A DNA stretch of 55,076 bases from Minisyncoccota bacterium (GCA_036169735.1 JAVHNX010000009.1:7558-62633); one strand, 5' to 3'; positions 18,843 through 28,900 are shown, counted from the first letter of the stretch. Numbers and translations: made by a program. The notes: a model not told the origin generated them from the letters alone.

Positions 18843-20714
18843 TTAAGAAAAAGTTACTTTACTAATAAAAGGAACTAACTCTGAAATATTTTTAAAACTA
18901 TCTACAAACTTCTTAAAAGGAATGGTGGCTACACAAACAAATTTATCACCACCACCGTAATATATAAACAAAGTATCATCTTTAACAACAGCACCACACG
19001 CGTAGACTATTCCTGGCTTACCTTCATTTTCATACCACATATCTGGTGTAATTATTGGTGTCGAAAGTCTGGAAATTATTTTTGTAGGATCAGTTAAATC
19101 CAAAAGCATTGCTCCTATTTTGTATTTTGAAGGTTCTGCTCTGTCAGTCGCATGGTAAAATACCAGCCAACCCGCCTCTGTCTTTATAGGAGGAGTACCG
19201 ACACTTCTCATTCTGTTGTGCCAGACTATTTTATTATTGGGCATTTTTTGTGGGTCTGGACTGGTTAGATCTAGGCCTTCGGATCCAATAGATTCGATAT
19301 TGTCTATATAATCAACTACAACTTTATTTGGATCAGTTGAATAGAGGTTGTGTAAAATAGCAAACTTACCATTTATTTTTTCTGGAAATAATACCCAATT
19401 TTTATTTCTACCTCTTGCTGAAATAAGTTTAGGGGTACTCCATTTGTCCCAATTGTTATTTGAAAAATCCTCATCATCAATAGTGATAAGACCTACACGA
19501 ATATTATCCCAGGTATCAAAAGCATTAAAGGTAACATATATTTTTCCATCTATGTTGACCATTCTAGGATCTTCACAACCACCCCAACTTCCACCTGAAG
19601 GGTACATGACTGGATCATATCTTTTAACTAATTTTTTATCACCCATATGAGAATACTTCAATGAAAATACTGGTTCTGGGTGTAACTCATCAAAATGAAT
19701 TCCATCTTTACTACAAGAATAACCAACCCTTGATATGCCATCATTTCCAATGGCTCTAAACAATAGGTGTATCTTGTTATCAAGAAATAATGCCGCTGGA
19801 TTGAATGTTCCTTCAGTCATCCAATCCTTGTTGTTTACTATTTTTGGAGAAATTATTGGGTTGTCTTGATGTTTCTCTATTTTCTCTATTTTTTCTTTAA
19901 TTTTTCTAAATGCAAAGGGAAGATCGAGGATAGTACAAAGTGTTCCTGTTTTTTCAGAATACCAATAAATAGAAAATTTACTATCGGAAAAAATAATTCC
20001 TTTTGTTTCAAAATCTTTTTCGTAAGGAATTTCGTTTTCAAAAATTGGTTCATCGGCACGCCAGATAAGTTTATTTGGATTAGATAAAGAAAACATAGCC
20101 AACCCGATTTGGATCTTGGTATTTTCTCCTTCTTTAATTGATGCATCATAAAAAACTAAAATACCTTTGTCCATTACTTTTGAACTAATAAATTTCAAGC
20201 TGTCTTTGTCAAAAAAACCAGGCCTAGGTTTTAAAACAGGTTCTTCATTTTTTCTCCATCTTTTAAGATCTTTAGAAAAAGTGGTGTGGATAGAAGATTC
20301 ACCATAATAAACAAAATAATTCTTGTCATGAGAATAATTAGATACGAGACCACCCCTATTTTTTATTTTTGATATTGGACCCTGTACAATACATAGATTG
20401 TCTTTTCTTGAAAATGCTAGATAGAGGTGTTTTGTGTTTCCTTTTTTGTAAGTGAAGGTAAGAATGTTATTTTTGTCTTCTTTAGAAGAAACTATATTGT
20501 CAATATTTTCTGGTTTTAATTTCTTTTCTAAAAAACCTGTTTTAAAAATAACTAGTTCCTTTTTTTTAGAAAAATTACTTAAGCTCTCATCTTTGCTTGG
20601 AATAATAAAAATATTTTCAGGCTGTTCTTTTGTTCTGCAAAAAATAGAATGATTTTTGCCAGACTCATAAAAACCTATAGGAATAATAGTCTCAACTTTT
20701 ATGTTTTTAGACAT
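18843..20714 (-). CDS. GH130-like protein with a degenerate N-terminal propeller-like half and a canonical C-terminal half
   Basis: The C-terminal half has DNPIISP..EGTFNPAA..GGCEDPRMVNIDGKIYVTFNAF..YYGGGDKF. The N-terminal ~290 aa resembles the fold pattern but lacks EDPR. It lies 4 nt upstream of the preceding GH130 gene. Confidence 0.6.
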   Translation of the reverse strand: MSKNIKVETIIPIGFYESGKNHSIFCRTKEQPENIFIIPSKDESLSNFSKKKELVIFKTGFLEKKLKPENIDNIVSSKEDKNNILTFTYKKGNTKHLYLAFSRKDNLCIVQGPISKIKNRGGLVSNYSHDKNYFVYYGESSIHTTFSKDLKRWRKNEEPVLKPRPGFFDKDSLKFISSKVMDKGILVFYDASIKEGENTKIQIGLAMFSLSNPNKLIWRADEPIFENEIPYEKDFETKGIIFSDSKFSIYWYSEKTGTLCTILDLPFAFRKIKEKIEKIEKHQDNPIISPKIVNNKDWMTEGTFNPAALFLDNKIHLLFRAIGNDGISRVGYSCSKDGIHFDELHPEPVFSLKYSHMGDKKLVKRYDPVMYPSGGSWGGCEDPRMVNIDGKIYVTFNAFDTWDNIRVGLITIDDEDFSNNNWDKWSTPKLISARGRNKNWVLFPEKINGKFAILHNLYSTDPNKVVVDYIDNIESIGSEGLDLTSPDPQKMPNNKIVWHNRMRSVGTPPIKTEAGWLVFYHATDRAEPSKYKIGAMLLDLTDPTKIISRLSTPIITPDMWYENEGKPGIVYACGAVVKDDTLFIYYGGGDKFVCVATIPFKKFVDSFKNISELVPFISKVTFS

Positions 20715-20865
20715 TATATTTTTTTATTAAATACATCTGTTTGAATAGAAAAATATCGTTAATAGAGTCTCATGTATTAGTACATTACTTATTTTATTAC
20801 ATCTAAATATAAACGCAAGCAAAGTTTATTAGTATATTTTAAAAAATTCGATATAATTCAATTAT

Positions 20866-21618
20866 ATGGATTTTAGAAACAAAAAAGTTATAGTTTTTGA
20901 CCTAGATGGTACTTTAGCAGAAAGTAAGCAGGGTTTGGATCAAGAAATGGTAAGTCTTTTGAATGAACTTTTAGGTGTCAAAAAAGTGGCTATTATTACC
21001 GGGGGTGGTTTTCCTCAGTTGCAGAAGCAGGTAATTAACCATCTTGCTTCTGATATTGAGAAACTTAAAAATCTGTATATTTTCCCCACTAAAGGAGCGA
21101 TGATGTATAATTTTAATGGTAGGGACTGGAATAAAATATATGAGCATCAATTAGTAGAGCAAGATAAAAAAAAGATTCTAGATGCATTTGACCATATGTA
21201 TAAGGAAGTAGATTTTTTACCAAAAGAAACTTTTGGAGAAACACTTGAAGACAGGGGAACTCAATTTACTTTTTCAGCTTTGGGACAAGAGGCTCCTGTA
21301 GAACTAAAAAAAGTTTGGGATATAGACGTCTTAAAAAGAAAAGAAATTAAAAAGATTTTGGATAAATATTTACCTGATTTTTCTGTTGAGATTGGCGGTA
21401 TGACATCTGTTGATATTACAGAAAAAATGATTGATAAAGGTTTTACAATAGAAAAAATTTGTGAGTATTTAAATATTAAGGTAGATGAGGTATTATTTGT
21501 TGGTGACGCTATTTTTGAAGGAGGTAATGATTTTTCTGTAGTAAAAACAGGAGTATCATATATTAATGTACATAATGTCGATGAAACAAAAAATATAATT
21601 AAAGAAATAATATTATGA
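20866..21618 (+). CDS. Eukaryote-type phosphomannomutase (HAD-IIB, PMM family)
   Basis: FDLDGTLAESKQ..EM..LL, GGGF..L..Q, FSALGQEAP, IGGMTSVDIT..DKG and FVGDAIFEGGNDFSV align by eye with the human PMM2 pattern (FDVDGTLT.., VSPIGRSCS, IGGQISFDVFP..WDK, FFGDKTMPGGNDHEI). Confidence 0.7.
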   Translation: MDFRNKKVIVFDLDGTLAESKQGLDQEMVSLLNELLGVKKVAIITGGGFPQLQKQVINHLASDIEKLKNLYIFPTKGAMMYNFNGRDWNKIYEHQLVEQDKKKILDAFDHMYKEVDFLPKETFGETLEDRGTQFTFSALGQEAPVELKKVWDIDVLKRKEIKKILDKYLPDFSVEIGGMTSVDITEKMIDKGFTIEKICEYLNIKVDEVLFVGDAIFEGGNDFSVVKTGVSYINVHNVDETKNIIKEIIL

Positions 21619-21959
21619 AAATAATTTACGATAAAAGACCTTGGGGAGATGAAGAGATTTTAACTTTAAATGGATCGTCTAGTGTAAAAATATTAACTAT
21701 CAATCCAGGACAAAGATGTAGTCTTCAGTATCATAATAACCGAGAAGAATTTTGGAAATTAATCGAAGGTGAAGCAATTCTTGAAATAAATGGCCAAAAA
21801 ATTGAGGCCAAAATTGGTGATGAATTTTTTATTGAAAAGAAAATGACTCATAGACTGATAGGGAAAGATAAACCAGCCAAGATTTTAGAAATAGCTTTTG
21901 GTGAGTTTGATGAAGCTGATATTGTCCGTCAGGAAGATGATTACGGTCGCATTAAATAA
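21615..21959 (+). CDS. Mannose-6-phosphate isomerase type II-like cupin (stand-alone C-terminal cupin domain)
   Basis: KRPWG..E.L....VK.L.INPGQRCSLQYHNNREEFW..IEGEA...G..F.I....HRL......ILEIAFGEFDEADIVRQEDDYGR. The ATGA start/stop overlaps the PMM gene. Confidence 0.7.
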   Translation: MKIIYDKRPWGDEEILTLNGSSSVKILTINPGQRCSLQYHNNREEFWKLIEGEAILEINGQKIEAKIGDEFFIEKKMTHRLIGKDKPAKILEIAFGEFDEADIVRQEDDYGRIK

Positions 21960-21960
21960 C

Positions 21961-24354
21961 TTATTTTCTAAGATATTTTTTTACAATTAAATATTGAATA
22001 CTTCCAAAAATAAAAATAACTATGAAGGTTTTTGAAATATATCCTAAAGAAGGATATGGAGTAGTAATGTCAAAAAAATTAGTTAATAAAGTTGATTTTG
22101 ACATTAATATCAATAATATAATCTCAAATATACCTATTAAAAATATGTGCAATTTTTGTTTCTTAATAAGCTTGTCTGAATAAACACTAGTTGCCATTAT
22201 AAAAAATAAAAATCCAAAAACTATAAAAGAAAGTAGTACTAAAGTATTTGATGTTGAGGTCTTTAAATAATCCGGGCTTAATACCAATATAACTGCTGCA
22301 CCAATTGCTTCTATAACAGCGCATGAAATAACTAAGGGCATGACTCGAGACAAAAATGGTTTTCTATTAGAGAAAATAATTTTTTGTGTTGGTCGGAATG
22401 CCCAATAGGTAATCACAACACCGATAAACCCAACAGTAAAATAGTTTATTACTGTTATGTTAAGAGGCATAAGAGGGTAGGCGAAACCCATAAAACTTAT
22501 AATAATAAAAAAGAAAAGACCTAAAAGACTTTGGTTGATATATACTCCTGCACTGATTTCAATACTTCTAATAAAATTATCAGCGAGCTCAACTGCTTCT
22601 GGAAGATCAGAAAAACTATTGTTCATAAGTACAACTCCCGCCAGCTGGCGGGTGACTGGAACTCCGTCAAACATGGCTATACCGATGTCAGCTTTTTTCA
22701 TTGCGAGTGCATCATTTACTCCATCTCCAACCATTGCGGTGAAGCCGTCTTTTTTAAACGCTTCTACAAGTTGAACTTTCTGCTCTGGTAAAATCTGCGC
22801 GAAGATAGTATAGGAATGTGCATTCTTATTGAAATTTGTTTCATCCCATTTCTTAATCATCGCTCCAGTAGCAACGGTTTCACTATTATTTATCCCCAAA
22901 GACATGGCTACAGCTTGGACTGTATCAGGATTATCTCCTGATAGGATTCGTATTTTTACGCCTCTGTCTTGGAAGAATTTTATAGAATTTTCTATACCTT
23001 TACGTAAGGTATTACCAAATACAAATATTCCCAAAATAGAAAGTTTTGACTCAGAAAGATCTTTTTGTAAATCAGCCATCTCTCCACGAGCAACACAGAG
23101 TATTCTTTTCCCTGTATGGGAATACTTTTTCAATAAATCTTTCAACCAGTTTTGTTCTTCTTTATTTGAAAGTTGAGATAAAAAAACTTCAGGTGTGCCA
23201 ACCAAAACCACTTCTGTACCATCACCATTATTTACCTCAATCGCACCATATTGTCGCCAGGAAGAAAATGAAAGAGCATTTAATATCTTTTTTTCTTCCA
23301 CTTTGTATTTTTTTAGGTAATTTTTTACAGACAAAATTGTTTGGGATGAATCTCCTGAACCACGGATATATGACGACATAAGGCTGTCGATTCTTTCTTT
23401 GGGTACACTGTCGAAAGCGTACATATCTTCTACAACAAGAATATTGTCTGTTAGAGTTCCTGTTTTATCCATACAAAGATTTTTTATTCTTCCTAAATTT
23501 TCTGTTGCATTAATCTCTTGAAAGAGAATGCCACGACGAGAAAAGCTCGAAGCACCAATTGCAAACAATAATGTTACAAAGACCAGGAGCCCTTGTGGAA
23601 TAATCGTACTTGCTAACGAACCAATATTGTTTACGATATCTATTCTGGATTCATGAACAATTAATCCACGAATGACTACAAATATAATAATTAAAATTAA
23701 AATATAACCAGTGTACTGGATGACTTTATTTGTTGCCCGCTGAATAGAGCTAGGATTTAAAGCATATTTTTTTACATCTTCTGTTATTTTAGAAATTCTA
23801 CTTTCTCTAAAAATACCTTCAACAATCAGGATTCCTGATCCAGATGTTATTATTGCCCCCGCACTGATTTTCTCACCTTCTTTTTTAGAGAAAGAGTCAG
23901 ATTCACCAGTAATCAAAGCCTCACTTATTTCTAGATTATTTGCCTTGAATAATACACCATTGCAAGGTACCTGGTCTCCAAGTTTGAGACCTAATTTATC
24001 TCCTTTTAATATTTCTTCTGCAAGTATTATTTCTTCAGTTCCGTCTTTATTCAAACGAGCGACTCGGAGTGCAGTGAGCATTTGTAAGTTTTCCAGTATA
24101 AAACGTGCTTGGATATCTTGAACTATAGTAATTAGCATGTTTAAAATAACAACAATACCCAAGAATAAGGCAGCTTGATTATTACCAAAAATAAAAAGTA
24201 AAACAACAACTAAAGATATAATAGCGTTAGATAATAAAAAAATATTCCTAAAAATAATCGGTCCTATACTAGGAAGTACTCGTTTGTATATTTGAAATTT
24301 GTTCATAAACAAAAAAACTAAATAAAAATAAGAATTATTGTTTTTTACCAACAA
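21961..24354 (-). CDS. P-type (P2-like) cation-transporting ATPase; start may be the internal Met at 24306
   Basis: TGES actuator motif (ITGESDSF), phosphorylation site CMDKTGTLTDN, hinge MVGDGVNDALAMKKADIGIAM, and about 10 hydrophobic helices. Confidence 0.85.
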   Translation of the reverse strand: MLVKNNNSYFYLVFLFMNKFQIYKRVLPSIGPIIFRNIFLLSNAIISLVVVLLFIFGNNQAALFLGIVVILNMLITIVQDIQARFILENLQMLTALRVARLNKDGTEEIILAEEILKGDKLGLKLGDQVPCNGVLFKANNLEISEALITGESDSFSKKEGEKISAGAIITSGSGILIVEGIFRESRISKITEDVKKYALNPSSIQRATNKVIQYTGYILILIIIFVVIRGLIVHESRIDIVNNIGSLASTIIPQGLLVFVTLLFAIGASSFSRRGILFQEINATENLGRIKNLCMDKTGTLTDNILVVEDMYAFDSVPKERIDSLMSSYIRGSGDSSQTILSVKNYLKKYKVEEKKILNALSFSSWRQYGAIEVNNGDGTEVVLVGTPEVFLSQLSNKEEQNWLKDLLKKYSHTGKRILCVARGEMADLQKDLSESKLSILGIFVFGNTLRKGIENSIKFFQDRGVKIRILSGDNPDTVQAVAMSLGINNSETVATGAMIKKWDETNFNKNAHSYTIFAQILPEQKVQLVEAFKKDGFTAMVGDGVNDALAMKKADIGIAMFDGVPVTRQLAGVVLMNNSFSDLPEAVELADNFIRSIEISAGVYINQSLLGLFFFIIISFMGFAYPLMPLNITVINYFTVGFIGVVITYWAFRPTQKIIFSNRKPFLSRVMPLVISCAVIEAIGAAVILVLSPDYLKTSTSNTLVLLSFIVFGFLFFIMATSVYSDKLIKKQKLHIFLIGIFEIILLILMSKSTLLTNFFDITTPYPSLGYISKTFIVIFIFGSIQYLIVKKYLRK

Positions 24355-24925
24355 TAATAAAACATGGCATTATATTTCTAGGTTCAAAAAAATTGGATAT
24401 ATTCTTGAAATACTTTTTAACATATTTAGACATTAATAGACTATATTGGTGGAAAATAATAATACTTCCTGAGTCAGTAAGCATTTCAAAACTTTGTTTG
24501 ATGATTTGTTCTCTCTCTGTTTTTTTTACCAAGGTGAAGGGAATACTGGATACAACAAGATCTGCCTTTGGATAATTTTTGTCTATTTTTTTATAAAAAT
24601 CTTGAACGGTGCCATGAAAGATAGTGATACGTTTGTCTTTTATCTTCTTTAATTCTTGTACAAATTCTAAATTACTTTCTATTAATACCAAGGACCCATT
24701 GGGAGAAAGTTTGGAAAGGAGAGCTTTACTCATTACTCCGTCTCCTGGTCCTTGTTCAATTATTAGGTTTAGGTCTTTATCTATTTTATTTATTACTCGA
24801 TTGACTACATAAGATGAACTACTAGAAATAGCTGCGACTTTTATGTCGGAAGCTAATGTTTTAATAAAAGAAATTTTTTTGATTAATGGTGTATTGTTCA
24901 CATATATAATATATCTCATAAGCAT
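24335..24925 (-). CDS. Class I SAM-dependent methyltransferase (phospholipid N-methyltransferase / COG3963-like)
   Basis: Motif I IIEQGPGDGVMSKALL, preceded by F(I)K....(V)AAISSSSSYVV, as in that family. 196 aa. Confidence 0.6.
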   Translation of the reverse strand: MLMRYIIYVNNTPLIKKISFIKTLASDIKVAAISSSSSYVVNRVINKIDKDLNLIIEQGPGDGVMSKALLSKLSPNGSLVLIESNLEFVQELKKIKDKRITIFHGTVQDFYKKIDKNYPKADLVVSSIPFTLVKKTEREQIIKQSFEMLTDSGSIIIFHQYSLLMSKYVKKYFKNISNFFEPRNIMPCFIIVGKKQ

Positions 24926-24983
24926 TCTATTGTATAGTTATCATTTGAGTTAGATGTATTCGAGTTGTAGTTTTCAAATAAAT

Positions 24984-25011
24984 TTGATTTTTTTACCATT
25001 TTAAGTATAAT
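24984..25011 (+). promoter_or_regulatory. Candidate sigma70-type promoter TTGATT-N16-TATAAT
   Basis: Hexamers read in the sequence, about 35 nt upstream of the small ORF at 25046. Confidence 0.4.
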
Positions 25012-25045
25012 GTAGGTATTCTTATTAATAATAGATAAAATCAAC

Positions 25046-25171
25046 ATGGCAAAAAGAAGTACCACACTTAGTCCTAAAAAAAATTCAAGACGTTCTCATA
25101 AAACCAAGAAAAGACTTGAAATAAAGAAGGTAACACTTCTAAAGAAGACTATTCGAATCAAATATAAATAA
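25046..25171 (+). CDS. Small, very basic 41-aa protein (possible divergent/truncated ribosomal protein bL33-like; unverified)
   Basis: Not in the ORF track (<60 aa). My own translation: MAKRSTTLSPKKNSRRSHKTKKRLEIKKVTLLKKTIRIKYK. It is bracketed by a promoter-like site and a strong terminator. The C-terminal KRLEIKK..LLKKTIRIKYK loosely resembles the bL33 pattern ..RLELKKY.P.LKK.T.H.E.K. Confidence 0.35.
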   Translation: MAKRSTTLSPKKNSRRSHKTKKRLEIKKVTLLKKTIRIKYK

Positions 25172-25194
25172 AGTTTTATAGAAATACTAAAATA

Positions 25195-25229
25195 AAGCCC
25201 CCGACCTAGGTCGGGGGCTTTATTTATTT
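25195..25229. terminator. Rho-independent terminator (perfect 22-bp palindrome)
   Basis: gcccccgacctaggtcgggggc (25197-25218), followed by tttatttattt. Confidence 0.8.
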
Positions 25230-25256
25230 GACTTTTATTTATTTTTGTGCTATCCT
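25228..25256 (+). promoter_or_regulatory. Candidate promoter TTGACT-N17-(TGc)TATCCT
   Basis: Read in the sequence upstream of the ORF at 25316. Confidence 0.35.
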
Positions 25257-25315
25257 TTAGAAAGAGAAAAGTAAATCATTGAAAATATTAAACTCACCTA
25301 AAAACCCTTACTGTT

Positions 25316-25690
25316 ATGAAAAAAACTATTGTTATTTTCGTTTTTGGTTTTCCATCCAGACTTCCAAAAAAATGGCTTGAATCCTTTAGAGAATTAGAGG
25401 AGGAGCTAAGTAAAACAAAAACCGCATGTGACCAGAAAGTCGAATTTTGTTTTGTAAATTCATTTTTTTTAAACGACTCCATTTCTTTTTCGTCACAAGG
25501 AGATCGTAATTCTATTTCTGGTAAAGGTGTTAATCTTTTTTTGAAAAATAAATTAATTCAAAACATGATTGTCGCAAAACTGGTTGAGTTGGGTAAAAAA
25601 TCTGAAGATGTAAAATTCCGTGCAGGTTCAGGCTTCTTTGATCTTAGCTTAAATGCGAGGGAAGAATTTACAAAAACAAGTCAATCCTGA
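25316..25690 (+). CDS. Hypothetical protein (124 aa)
   Basis: An ORF lying between a promoter-like site and a terminator hairpin. I recognise no motif. Confidence 0.4.
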   Translation: MKKTIVIFVFGFPSRLPKKWLESFRELEEELSKTKTACDQKVEFCFVNSFFLNDSISFSSQGDRNSISGKGVNLFLKNKLIQNMIVAKLVELGKKSEDVKFRAGSGFFDLSLNAREEFTKTSQS

Positions 25691-25710
25691 ACATTCAGCT
25701 AATTTAGTGA

Positions 25711-25749
25711 AAACTCACTTGGTATATATAATACTAAGTGAGTTTTTTT
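25711..25749 (+). terminator. Rho-independent terminator
   Basis: 10-bp stem aaactcactt / aagtgagttt, 15-nt loop, T7 run. Confidence 0.6.
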
Positions 25750-25763
25750 GTTTTTATATAAAT

Positions 25764-25791
25764 TTGACAAAAATCCTAAATCGAGTATACT
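25764..25791 (+). promoter_or_regulatory. Near-consensus promoter TTGACA-N16-TATACT upstream of rpoB
   Basis: Hexamers at 25764-25769 and 25786-25791. This implies a ~160-nt leader before the rpoB ATG. Confidence 0.55.
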
Positions 25792-25955
25792 ACGTTGGAT
25801 TGACTGATTGAGTTTCGGATGTACTCCTCTGTGTTTATTATTATCAGCCTTATAGGCATTAATTAACTAGCGTCCGAACTAATAATAATAGGTATTTTTT
25901 ATTCCCGCTTATAGCAGGAATTTTTGCCCCGTTATTGTTTTTTGGGAAAAAACTT

Positions 25956-28900
25956 ATGCAAACAGAAGTAAAGCGTCCGAAGAAAGTTTTCTCAAGGTAC
26001 AAAAAAGCCTTGGTTCCGTTTCCTAACCTAATAGAGACACAGGTAAAGTCTTTCAAGTGGTTAGTCGAAAATGGTATTAAAGAAGTTTTTAAAGAATTTT
26101 CTCCGATTCCAGATTACTCTGGAAAAAAGTTCCAGTTGGAATTTCTTTCCTTCTCATTAGGTGAACCTAAGTGTGACGAAAATCATGCAAAAGTAAACAA
26201 GCTTTCATTCGAAGGACTTTTAAAGGCGCGAGTTAAACTAACAAATAAAGTTCTGGGTACTGTTAAAGAACAAGAAATCTTCATGTCTGAAATTCCTTTA
26301 ATGACAGCTCATGGAACTTTCATTATCAATGGAGTAGAACGCGTAATCGTGCCACAGTTGGCACGCTCTTTTGGAGTTTTCTTTACAGAATCTGAAAGTA
26401 AAGGCAAGAGATACTTTGGTGCAAAAATCATTCCTGCACGTGGAGTTTGGATTGAAATTGAATCAGAATCTGACGGAGCTATTTATGTCAGAATGGACAA
26501 GAAACGAAAGTTCCCAGCAACAGCACTTTTGCGTGCAATGGGTTACCATACTAATGAAGAAATCTTAAAAGCTTTTGATAAAAATCTTACTTGGGATGAA
26601 GCGATAAAAGCTTGTCTTGCAAAAGATCCAGCTAAAAGTTTAAATGAAGCTTATATAGATATCTATAAGCGTTTAAGAGATGGTGATATGGCTACTGCTG
26701 ATAACGCTAAAGAATTTATTAATTCTTTGTTTACACCAGAAAGATATGATCTTTCTCCTGTTGGACGTTTCCGATTCAATAGTCGTTTTGAAAAGACTAT
26801 GGAAGATATTGAGCTTGCTCGCCGAACTATTTCTAAGGAAGATTTAGTTACTGTTATCACAAATATTATTGATCTAAACAATACTCCTGGTGCGAAAGCA
26901 GATGATATCGACCACCTAGGTCAGAGACGTGTACGTTTCGTTGGTGAAATGCTACAACAGAAATTCCGTACCGGTATGATGCAAATCAAGAGAAATATTC
27001 AAGACAGAATGTCTACTATTGATGTTGATACTGCATTGCCAGTTCATATTATAAACCAACGTCCTCTTCAGGCTCGTATTAAAGAATTCTTTACTACAAA
27101 TCAGCTTTCACAATTCATGGCACAAGAAAATGTTCTTTACGAGATTGAGCATTTACGTACGCTTTCTGCGCTTGGGCCCGGAGGTCTTACTCGAGAACGA
27201 GCAGGTCTTGAAGTTCGTGACGTGCACCCATCTCACTACGGAAGAGTTTGTCCTATTCATACTCCTGAAGGTCCAAACATTGGACTTATCTTGCACTTAG
27301 CTACTTACGCGAAGATCAATGACTTCGGTATTATTGAAACTCCATATATCAAAGTAGTAAAAGGAAAAATTACTGGAGAAGTTGTTTACCTAAATGCACT
27401 TGAAGAAGAAAAATACAACATTGCTCATGCCGGTATTCCTTATGATGAAAGTGGAAAAATAACTGAAGAAAAAGTTGAAGCTAGATTGAAAACTCAACCT
27501 GGTCTTGTTAATCGTGATGAAGTTGATTTTATTGATGTCGCCACAAACCAGGCTTTCTCAATCGCAACATCTCTTATTCCTTTCCTAGAACATAACGATG
27601 CGAACCGTGCACTCATGGGATCAAACATGCAGAAGCAAGCTGTTCCTTGTGTCTTACCCGAAGCTCCTTTAGTCGCTACCGGTGTTGAAGAATTAGCATC
27701 ACGTGATTCAGGTAGACTTGTTCTTTCAGAAGAAGAAGGCGTTGTTTCTTATGTTGATGCTAGAAAAGTAACCGTCAAAGGAAAAACTGAAAAAACTTAT
27801 TCTCTTGTAAACTTTTTGAGAAATAATAACTTCTCTGCTTTTCATCAGCGACCAGCAGTCAATGTTGGAGATAAAGTAGTAAAAGGAGCTGTCTTGGCTG
27901 ATACTTCCAGTACAGTTGGTGGACAGATTTCCATTGGACAAAATATTTTCGTTGCTTTCTTATCATGGTCTGGAGCAAACTACGAAGACGCGATAATCGT
28001 TTCTGAAAGACTTGTAAAGAAAAGTAAATTTACTTCTGTCTATGTTGAGGAATTCGTTTGTATTGTTCGCGATACTAAACTTGGGCCCGAAATCACTACT
28101 CGTGATATTCCGAACGTTGGAGAACTAAAACTAAAAGATTTGGATGAAGACGGTATTGTCCGTGTTGGAGCTGAAGTTCGTGAAAATGATATTCTTGTTG
28201 GTAAAATTACTCCAAAAGGCGAGACAGAATTAACTCCAGAAGAAAGATTGCTTCGTTCAATCTTTGCTGAAAAAGCTCGTGATGTGAAAGATGCATCTCT
28301 TCGAATGGAACACGGAAAGCGTGGACGTATTATTGGTGTGAAAATATTCTCACGTGATATGGGTCATTCTCTTGAAGCTGGAATCATAAAGAAAATAATT
28401 ATTGAAGTTGCTCAGATTAGAAATATCTCAGTTGGAGATAAACTTTCAGGACGTCACGGAAACAAAGGTGTTATCTCAACAATTCTTCCTGAAGAAGATA
28501 TGCCTTACATGGCAGATGGTACACCTGTAGATATTATTCTTTCTCCTCTTGGTGTCCCTTCTCGTATGAACTTGGGACAGATCTTGGAAATACACTTAGG
28601 TATGGCCGCAAACACTCTTGGTTACCAAGCTATCGTTCCACCATTCTTAGGCGCAAAACATGAAGAAATAAAAGAAGAGTTGGTAAAAGCTGGTCTTCCA
28701 GAAAATGGAAAAGTAAAACTTTTTGACGGACGTACTGGGGAATCTTTTGAACAAGATATTGCAGTGGGGTATATGTACATGTTGAAACTTCACCACATGG
28801 TAGAAGACAAGATACATATGCGTTCTATAGGGCCGTACTCATTGATAACTCAACAGCCATTGGGCGGAAAGGCTCAAGGTGGAGGACAGAGATTCGGAGA

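Noticed and set aside
22637-22652. Perfect 16-bp GC-rich palindrome cccgccagctggcggg inside the P-type ATPase gene
   Set aside because: It lies in a region of conserved length (..GVPVTRQLAGVVL.. aligns with the usual ..SGTDVAKEAADIVL..), so it is not an insertion. A palindrome of this size is within chance expectation.
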